The notes beneath the pieces are model-generated. The model had not been told where the DNA came from. It did no database searches and saw only the letters and a program-made list of their open reading frames with translations. A stretch of 64,000 nucleotides of DNA, from the IMG/VR virus record IMGVR_UViG_3300046660_000716, positions 124,001-188,000 of that record. One strand, given 5' to 3'. The translations under genes and the position numbers were made by a program. This document shows positions 57,574 through 64,000 of this stretch, piece after piece. The stretch's first letter is position 1. Each line of letters starts with the position of its first letter.

Positions 57574-59190
57574 ATGAACAAGAAGCGGAAACCAGCAGTA
57601 GAGTGGACCGAGCTGCTCAAGGTCCTTGCCGAGAACCCCGGCGTGACCGGGGTGCAGTTCGGCAAGCTGACCAAGTGTAGCCGGAACCTGGGAACCACCA
57701 GGCTCACCCGCCTCGTCGACCGCGGGGTCGCAACCCGCAAGGAATCGACAGAGGCGGCGGGCCTCGTCCACCACTACTACGCAATCCAAGTGAATAACCC
57801 AGCCGAAGGAGAAGACCGCATGCCAATCACCACCCTAGACATACTCGAGCTGATCAAGAAGAACCCCGGCAAGAGCAGCACCGAGCTCGCGGTGCTGATC
57901 GGCATGCGCCCCGGTAGCATGTCCGCCCGCCTGACAGACATGATGGACAAGAAGACCATCCGCCGCGAGGACATCGCAACATCCGGCAAGCGCACCAACT
58001 ACATATACTTCGCTCCCGACGCTCCAAGCGCAGCCAGGCACACCGCGCCCTCGATGATCGAGCAGCTGGTGTCGACGGCGGTGGCGGAGATGTCTGCGAA
58101 GATCCAGGACGGCGTCATCGACACGGTCGTTGAAAATGTCAGCACCGAAGTCATCCTTCGCGTAACCAAGAACGTCGAGGCCGCCGCGCAGGGCATCGCC
58201 GACCGGGCCGCCGCCATCATCGCCGACGGCGTGACCAGGGCCATGGGCGGAGTGGCCGACAGCGCCGTCGCTGATCTCATGGAGCGCCTGCGCGTCGCCA
58301 TGGGCGGCTCGGCCGCCTCTACACCGGAGGAACCCGGCCGCCCAAAAGAGGATAGGGTCGTGCAGCGGCGCCCCCGCATCGTCTTGCATCTAAGCAAGGA
58401 CGAGGCGGGTGGCCGTGCTTCGGTGGCAACCGAGCGGCGCGATCCACCTGTCGGCATCAAGGTCATCCGCCCCGGCAGCCGCCCCCGGACCCCTGCTGGC
58501 TACGAGGGCATGGTCGCGGAGCTGGCGCAGGTCCAGGATGCCCCGGCAGAAGCTGCACCGGCGCCTGCCCCCGTCCCCGCGCCGGCCCCGACCGCAATGG
58601 CATCAGCAATGGCTGCGGCGGCCTCCAAGGCCAAGCCCGTTCCGCTGATGCTGAACTACGAAGCGCTGAGAGCCGCCGAGGCCGCGAGCAAGGTCCCGGC
58701 CGCCCCAGCGCCGTACACGCCGCCGCCGCCGGTGCCTGAAGCCGTAGCCAAGGTCGAAGCCGAGCTGCGCGACCACATGCTGGAGGACGCTGCACCGGGG
58801 TCCATCTCGGATGAGGTCATCGTTCCGGCCTACGTCCCGTACGTGAAGCCGGAGCTGCCGGCGGTCCCTGAGCAGTGCAAAAAGGCCCCGGGCGAGCGCC
58901 CCCGCGTCCTGGTGCTCGGTCTGCGCACCAACCACGTCGCGGCCGTCAACAAGGACTTCAGCGACTGCCTCGAAATGACGTTCTACGAGCACGCACCTAG
59001 CGCCGGAACCCTCGTCAAGCGGGCGCGTCGGTACGCCGACTACGTCTTCGTGATGGAGGAGACCTGCTCGCCCAAGGTCCGCAACGCCATCAAGTCCCAT
59101 CCGGGATACCGCCTCTGCAACGGATCGGCGGGCGCACTCAAGCGCATCCTGACGGACCTCTGCGAGAACGGGGTGCGTGGGGCCGACTAA
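57574..59190 (+). CDS. Multidomain protein with two winged HTH domains
   Basis: LAENPGVTG.../IKKNPGKSSTELA...RLTDM repeats, Ala/Pro linker and an alpha/beta C-terminal domain. Confidence 0.65.
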   Translation: MNKKRKPAVEWTELLKVLAENPGVTGVQFGKLTKCSRNLGTTRLTRLVDRGVATRKESTEAAGLVHHYYAIQVNNPAEGEDRMPITTLDILELIKKNPGKSSTELAVLIGMRPGSMSARLTDMMDKKTIRREDIATSGKRTNYIYFAPDAPSAARHTAPSMIEQLVSTAVAEMSAKIQDGVIDTVVENVSTEVILRVTKNVEAAAQGIADRAAAIIADGVTRAMGGVADSAVADLMERLRVAMGGSAASTPEEPGRPKEDRVVQRRPRIVLHLSKDEAGGRASVATERRDPPVGIKVIRPGSRPRTPAGYEGMVAELAQVQDAPAEAAPAPAPVPAPAPTAMASAMAAAASKAKPVPLMLNYEALRAAEAASKVPAAPAPYTPPPPVPEAVAKVEAELRDHMLEDAAPGSISDEVIVPAYVPYVKPELPAVPEQCKKAPGERPRVLVLGLRTNHVAAVNKDFSDCLEMTFYEHAPSAGTLVKRARRYADYVFVMEETCSPKVRNAIKSHPGYRLCNGSAGALKRILTDLCENGVRGAD

Positions 59191-59208
59191 ACCAACAAGG
59201 AGCCAAGA

Positions 59209-59661
59209 ATGAGAGAACTACCCTTCGACGCCAACCAGAAGCGCAAGGCCGCCAATCTCAAGCTGATAGCGGAGTGGAAGCACTCGCCTAAGCACGAGAT
59301 CGTCGTGGCGCTGAGCGACACCGAGATCCTCCGTCTGATCGGCTACTGGGGGCCGGCGCGGACCGTCCACCGGACCAGAAAGGCCAGGATGGACATGGTC
59401 GGCGGGGGCCAGCTGCAGTGCGTGTCCGGCCGGAACGTGCGCCTCACCGGCATGATCGGGCCGGCGCTGAAGACCATCGAAGGATGGTGGTCTCGCGCGC
59501 CCTCCCAGTTCCAGCTCGATGTGGCCGGTAAGAACGGCTCGGAGGCGCGTACCAAAGCAATCGGGAAGGCATACATCGCCGCCATGAAAAAAATACTCGA
59601 CAACGGGTCCTACGGCAGTCATGCCAACATACACAACCGCAACACAACCGGAGAGCCGTGA
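59209..59661 (+). CDS. Hypothetical protein
   Basis: AAGGAG RBS. Confidence 0.6.
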   Translation: MRELPFDANQKRKAANLKLIAEWKHSPKHEIVVALSDTEILRLIGYWGPARTVHRTRKARMDMVGGGQLQCVSGRNVRLTGMIGPALKTIEGWWSRAPSQFQLDVAGKNGSEARTKAIGKAYIAAMKKILDNGSYGSHANIHNRNTTGEP

Positions 59662-59882
59662 TGTACATCTCACAAACAGCCGTTAGCGAAAAGGAGCTCG
59701 CCGACCTGCAGTCTACCCTGCGCATCGTGGGGGCCGCGATGAGCGACGACGAGCTGGCGACCTGCGCCAAGGCGGAGGTGTGGTCCAGTAGCTTCAGCGA
59801 TCCTGGTCCCGACTTCAACGAACTGCGCCTGTTCGATGCAAGCGGGGCGCAATATGCCACGAAGCAGATCGCCGGCTATTAG
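59658..59882 (+). CDS. Hypothetical protein
   Basis: Coupled ORF. Confidence 0.6.
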   Translation: MMYISQTAVSEKELADLQSTLRIVGAAMSDDELATCAKAEVWSSSFSDPGPDFNELRLFDASGAQYATKQIAGY

Positions 59883-60000
59883 CCACTGACCGATGCGGGG
59901 GCGCAACGCCCCCGTCCCGGTTGCCCTCTTTTTTTCCCTCCCCTCAAAAATTTCGGGCATAATTGCGCCGAAGTTACTACACACCAGAAAGGAGGGCACC

Positions 60001-60213
60001 ATGTGCATCAAAATCACCCCGCTGTACCACCGCTGCATCAGCTCCGGCCCGGACGCCGGCAGCTTCTACGTGATCCCGTTCCGCACCTCGGCGTACGCCG
60101 TCGAGCGCGCGCAGGAAGAGCAGGACCGCCTGCGCGCCGCGGGACACCGCGTGGTGCCCGCCCCGACCACCGCCCTCCCCGAGGCCCGCCCGGTCCTGCG
60201 GCGCGTGGCGTAA
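60001..60213 (+). CDS. Hypothetical protein
   Basis: AGGAGG RBS, MCIKITP... Confidence 0.6.
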   Translation: MCIKITPLYHRCISSGPDAGSFYVIPFRTSAYAVERAQEEQDRLRAAGHRVVPAPTTALPEARPVLRRVA

Positions 60214-60268
60214 GAAAGACCCAACGGCTCAGGCCGTTGGGTCTTCCGTAGTCAATTCCCCATCACAC

Positions 60269-60970
60269 CTAAGCGATCCACAGCCTGCGGGCCGTGGACG
60301 ACTTCAGCTGCTTGCTCTCCATCCGCTCGATGATCTCCGGCCGCTTGTCCGCCTGGGCGTTCAGCCGCTCCAGGTTCAGGTTCAGCTCGCCGAAGATCGT
60401 CTGCACGGTCTGGAAGTACTGCCGGACGCTCAAGATGTCGATGGCGATGTCCGCCAGCATCAGCTCCCTGAAGATCTCCCTGGCCCCCGGGTGGATGGTG
60501 CGGAAGTGCGTCGCGTGCACGCACTTGCACTCCACGTAGAGGTCGGAATATTGGAGGCCCTTTGGGAAAATTTCGATGATGTTGGGAGGGCGGTAGTCGA
60601 ACGTCAGGGAGAGCTCGGAAGCCGACTGGCGGTCGGCCACCAGCTGGCGGTCCAGGACGTCGCCGAACATGAGAGGATCATATGGGAAGGCGCCGAAAGC
60701 CCCAACCCCTTCACGCACACGATTCACGCCGAGAATTCGTTCGCCTTGCGGGCGGATCTGGTAGACGCCCTCGCGCTGGTCGATGCGGTCGGCCACTGTG
60801 TCAATTTTGAGATCGACCATGTACGGCAAGTAGATCGAGAACGTCGGTAGGGTCTCGGCGTCAATGCAGGCGAGTATGTCGGCGTCGTTGAAGTCGATCG
60901 GACCTGTAACCGTCTGCCCTAAGAAGGACCTACAGCGGTTCGTAACCCACGTCGCGTCGATTATGGACAT
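60269..60970 (-). CDS. Putative neck/head-completion protein
   Basis: ETLPTFSIYLPY, LTFDYRPPN, FRELMLADI, GELNLNLE pattern typical of T4 gp13-like neck proteins. Confidence 0.55.
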   Translation of the reverse strand: MSIIDATWVTNRCRSFLGQTVTGPIDFNDADILACIDAETLPTFSIYLPYMVDLKIDTVADRIDQREGVYQIRPQGERILGVNRVREGVGAFGAFPYDPLMFGDVLDRQLVADRQSASELSLTFDYRPPNIIEIFPKGLQYSDLYVECKCVHATHFRTIHPGAREIFRELMLADIAIDILSVRQYFQTVQTIFGELNLNLERLNAQADKRPEIIERMESKQLKSSTARRLWIA

Positions 60971-61722
60971 TGGAATTCCTTAAAAAGGTGGTGATAGGCC
61001 GGAATATCGTTGAGACAGATCCTTCGCACTGTCACCTTATGTGGTTTGCCATTCAACAGCACAGCAATTTCGGTATACGTCTTCTTGTCAACGAAATGCA
61101 GCGTGTAGACTCTCTTTACTAGCTCGTCATCAAGAAGACGAGAGGTAGGTATCCTGGATTGCGTTTCCTGGAAGTCGCGCGGCTCATATCCTAGCGGTAC
61201 ATGCGACCAGAATTTACCCTTGTACACATCTACGACATACGATGGACTCAGGTTGAGCCTCACGGCAGCGCTGGCGGGCGTTTCGCCGTTGTGTAACGCC
61301 GTTCGGAGAGCAATTACTTCCTCGCGCGTAAGCTTTGCCCGTGGGTGGTCCTCGTCCCGTGCCAAGCGGTGTGCAAGCCGATCCGCCATGTTCTGAACCT
61401 TGGTGCCCCAGTACAAATTACTGCACACGGGGTTTGACCTAACGCCATCCTTATGGCACGCCTCCAAGATTGCGTCCGACTCTGGAAGAGGGATGAACGT
61501 GCGCGCAACCATGTTGTGCACTATAAACATGGCATCACCGCCTAATTTCAGTCGTAGACTGATATGCACATATCCAGTTGTACTAGACACATGCGTTTTC
61601 ATTTGCCTTGGCGTCGAACTACGCAGCGTGGAAAACACTTCTCCACGCCGATTGATGAAATAGCCGTCTACCAGACGATCATCGACAATTGGAAATAGTT
61701 CTGCGGTATCTTCTTCGGTCAT
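60961..61722 (-). mobile_element. Free-standing HNH homing endonuclease (low GC)
   Basis: YFINRRGEVFS, VHNMVARTFIP, ACHKDGVRSNPVCSNLYWGT; GC clearly lower than the flanks. Confidence 0.85.
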
Positions 61723-61724
61723 AC

Positions 61725-61777
61725 AATATCCTCCCCTGTGTGAATGATACCCTGTTTGTCAAACAGGAGAGGATATT
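61725..61777 (-). promoter_or_regulatory. RBS-sequestering hairpin with an internal late promoter
   Basis: 15-bp stem AAUAUCCUCUCCUGU/ACAGGGGAGGAUAUU covers GGAGG; AACA-gggtat-CA lies in the loop. Confidence 0.7.
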
Positions 61778-61779
61778 TT

Positions 61780-64000
61780 TTACTCGTTGTAGATCTCCAA
61801 GACTCGCTTCTTCAGGTCGACCAGGACTGCGTTTGACCACATCGCCAGGAAGACGTCCGACGTCATGCGGCTGACGATCGACAGCGGGCTCGTGATGTAG
61901 TCCACCTGGTTGCCTTCCTCGTCCTCCGGCTCTTCGCCGTCCTCGAACACGCGGCTGACGATGCCCTTGAGCGGGGAGCTGCACACGAACTTGTCGCCCG
62001 GCGCCGCCTCGTCCTCGACCTGGATCAGGAACTGGATCAGCACGCCGTCCACGATCTCCCCGGCCACCTTGTCCCGCGTGATGCGGATCGGGGCGTTGGC
62101 GCGCACGGGCTCGTCGGTCGGGGCTCCGGCGCCGGCCTTCTTGCGCTCGTCCGCCAGCCGCTCCTGCAGCCTGATGAACTTCTGCAGCGACGGCGACAGC
62201 TGGTCGAGGTCCTTGTTGTAGTACGTGCGGATCTCGACCACCTTGCCGGCGTACTTCGCCACGGCCACGTTGCGTGTGAGCTCGGCGATCGCGTCGTCGA
62301 ACTCCTTGCCGACCCGCGCCAGCAGCGCCGACACGTCGGCGTCGTCCGTCACGTTCTCGAACACGGCCAGCGAGTCGTTCGGCTGTACAACGGTCCCGAC
62401 CTTGGCCACGCCCTGCAGGTTGGTCTTGGCGCCCAGGCTCACGGAGCGGGCCATCGTGACCAGGGCCACGGTGTCGCGCGTCAGCTTGGAGGTCACCATC
62501 AGGCTGTCCTCGTACGTCTGGTCCAGCGCCACGATGGCGATGCGAGCCAGGATCCCGCTCTTGTAGCCGGTGGAGCCGTCGTCGCTCGCCGCGAAGTAGG
62601 ACGGGTCGTGCGCCAGGATGTCGTCCTGGGCGAACCGCTTGCCCGGCTCCACGCCGGGGTTGAGCTTGAGCTGGGCTGTGATGTAGAAGCCGCCGCCCGA
62701 GTTCTTGACCGAGCGGGGCGACATGTCCACGTAGGCCAGCTCTCCGTCGTCGTACTTGATCTTAGCCAGCTGCGCCTTCTCGTCCAGCGAGACGAACACC
62801 CCTGCTTTGCGGGCCTTGTACGCGTACGTGTTGCCGATGGCGTAGGCCAGGGCCTTCTCGGCACCGGAGCCGACCAGCTGCGGCGTGTGCTTGGCGATCG
62901 GCATGGTGTGTGTCGCCTGCTTGGACTGCATGCCGATCCGCGGAGGGTCGGCGTGCTGCGCCACGAACGGCGTGATCAGCTCCCCCAGGGCCAGGACCGA
63001 TGCGGCGTCCGTGGCGGCCAGGTCCAGGTCGAACCTGCCGCGCACGTCCTTCACCGCGGCCGAGTAGGCCAGGGTGCGCTTGACGCCGATCTCGGCCGAG
63101 TCGGGCGAGTAGTAGCCGAAGATGCCGCGCATCGACTTGTGGTACGCGCGCATGGCGCGATTCACGGTGCGTCCGTCGCTCAGGCCGCCGGCGGCGCCGG
63201 TCCACGTGGCCTTGCCGCGCAGCTCAGCCTCGAGCAGGGGGTTCAGCAGGGAGACCTCCTCGACGTTGGAGGCGGCCTGGACCTGGCGGATCACCTCGAC
63301 CGGGTTGACCATGAGCTTCTGCGGCGAGGCCGACTCGCGGGTGGCGCGCACGCGCTCCATCTCCTTGTGCAGCACCTTGTACAGCATCGAGTTGACCAGC
63401 TCCGGGCCGCGCAGGCGGTACGACGCCATGTCGTTCGACTCGGGGTGCTCGTTGCTCTCCAGCATGGCGCTGGCATACAGCAGGACGTGGGCCATGTCGG
63501 TTGGCAGGCCGTCCTCGGCCAGCAGGTCGCGGGTCATCGGGTCGATGAACGATGCCTGGTAGTTGACCAGCGCCTTGGCGTGGCCCGGGCCGCCGAGGCG
63601 GTCGGCGATGTGGTCCACCCAGCCCATGCCGGCCGGGCCGAAGTCCGACATCGGCCGGTCCTCGGTGTCCAGCTCCTTCAGGCCGTTGATCAGCAGCGAG
63701 TCGCGCAGGCGCGTCGGGGCGAACACCACCACGCCGTCCTCGAACCGGATGGCGTCGCTCTCTGCGTAGCGGCTCTTGCGGTAGGCGCCGGCGTCGACGA
63801 TGGAGAACTGCACCTGCGCCGCGCGCAGCATGTTCGTCAGGCCGATGTCGTAGCCCACGATGACGGCGGTCGGCAGGTACTGGCTCAGCATCTTGACGCG
63901 GCTGTACATGTACTTGCGCTGGAGGACGCTCGGCTCCGGGAGGTCGGCCGCCGGGGCGGCCTCGCGCACCATGTCGTAAATCAGGGCGCCGATGTCCTTG
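61780..64000 (-). CDS. RNA polymerase beta subunit, large (probably virion RNAP); 5' end lies beyond the window
   Basis: RAYHKSMRG, HADPPRIGMQSKQATH, TYEDSLMV, GDKF...LKGIVS, SPLSIVSRMT. Confidence 0.88.
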   Translation of the reverse strand, partial: KDIGALIYDMVREAAPAADLPEPSVLQRKYMYSRVKMLSQYLPTAVIVGYDIGLTNMLRAAQVQFSIVDAGAYRKSRYAESDAIRFEDGVVVFAPTRLRDSLLINGLKELDTEDRPMSDFGPAGMGWVDHIADRLGGPGHAKALVNYQASFIDPMTRDLLAEDGLPTDMAHVLLYASAMLESNEHPESNDMASYRLRGPELVNSMLYKVLHKEMERVRATRESASPQKLMVNPVEVIRQVQAASNVEEVSLLNPLLEAELRGKATWTGAAGGLSDGRTVNRAMRAYHKSMRGIFGYYSPDSAEIGVKRTLAYSAAVKDVRGRFDLDLAATDAASVLALGELITPFVAQHADPPRIGMQSKQATHTMPIAKHTPQLVGSGAEKALAYAIGNTYAYKARKAGVFVSLDEKAQLAKIKYDDGELAYVDMSPRSVKNSGGGFYITAQLKLNPGVEPGKRFAQDDILAHDPSYFAASDDGSTGYKSGILARIAIVALDQTYEDSLMVTSKLTRDTVALVTMARSVSLGAKTNLQGVAKVGTVVQPNDSLAVFENVTDDADVSALLARVGKEFDDAIAELTRNVAVAKYAGKVVEIRTYYNKDLDQLSPSLQKFIRLQERLADERKKAGAGAPTDEPVRANAPIRITRDKVAGEIVDGVLIQFLIQVEDEAAPGDKFVCSSPLKGIVSRVFEDGEEPEDEEGNQVDYITSPLSIVSRMTSDVFLAMWSNAVLVDLKKRVLEIYNE

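Larger units (their letters stand above)
1564..61756. promoter_or_regulatory. Dispersed late promoter motif AACA-N6-YR (about 17 sites)
   Basis: Minus strand: 1564-75, 3793-804, 4923-34, 6057-68, 7979-90, 11328-39, 22445-56, 23317-28, 25114-25, 26153-64, 33663-74, 54478-89, 61745-56. Plus strand: 26215-26, 35923-34, 42026-37, 46580-91, 47875-86. Confidence 0.75.

Noticed and set aside
1-64000. Alternative genetic code, tRNAs, group I introns or inteins
   Set aside because: Core genes read intact in the standard code with all three stop codons used; no cloverleaf or intein/intron interruption was recognised by eye.

Overview
This window is a 64-kb segment of a GC-rich (roughly two-thirds G+C by eye) jumbo myophage genome of the phiKZ/AR9-related type that encodes its own multisubunit RNA polymerases. 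It holds five split RNAP beta/beta' pieces, consistent with both a virion and a non-virion RNAP. Virion genes include terminase large subunit, major capsid protein, prohead protease, tail sheath and tube, fibre proteins and a neck-like protein. Replication and repair genes include the polymerase half of a split family-B DNA polymerase, a likely SSB, an SF2 helicase, an SbcC/Rad50 ATPase and an HU-like protein. There are two free-standing HNH endonucleases and clusters of small early hypothetical genes, among them two nucleotidyltransferases, a radical SAM enzyme and a HAD nucleotidase. Reading the intergenic DNA shows a two-class phage promoter code: AACA-N6-YR (the AR9-type late consensus) at about 17 sites, mostly before structural genes, and (C/G/T)ATATHAT at 8 sites before early clusters, with composite promoters on the two putative nvRNAP genes. 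Other highlights are an RyR-RyR-Acb2-like candidate immune-signal sponge, an HNH gene whose RBS is locked in a hairpin containing a late promoter, a ~100-nt late sRNA candidate next to the capsid gene, and a REP-like palindrome family. No tRNA, rRNA or CRISPR array was seen. All family assignments come from motifs recognised by eye, not from database searches.
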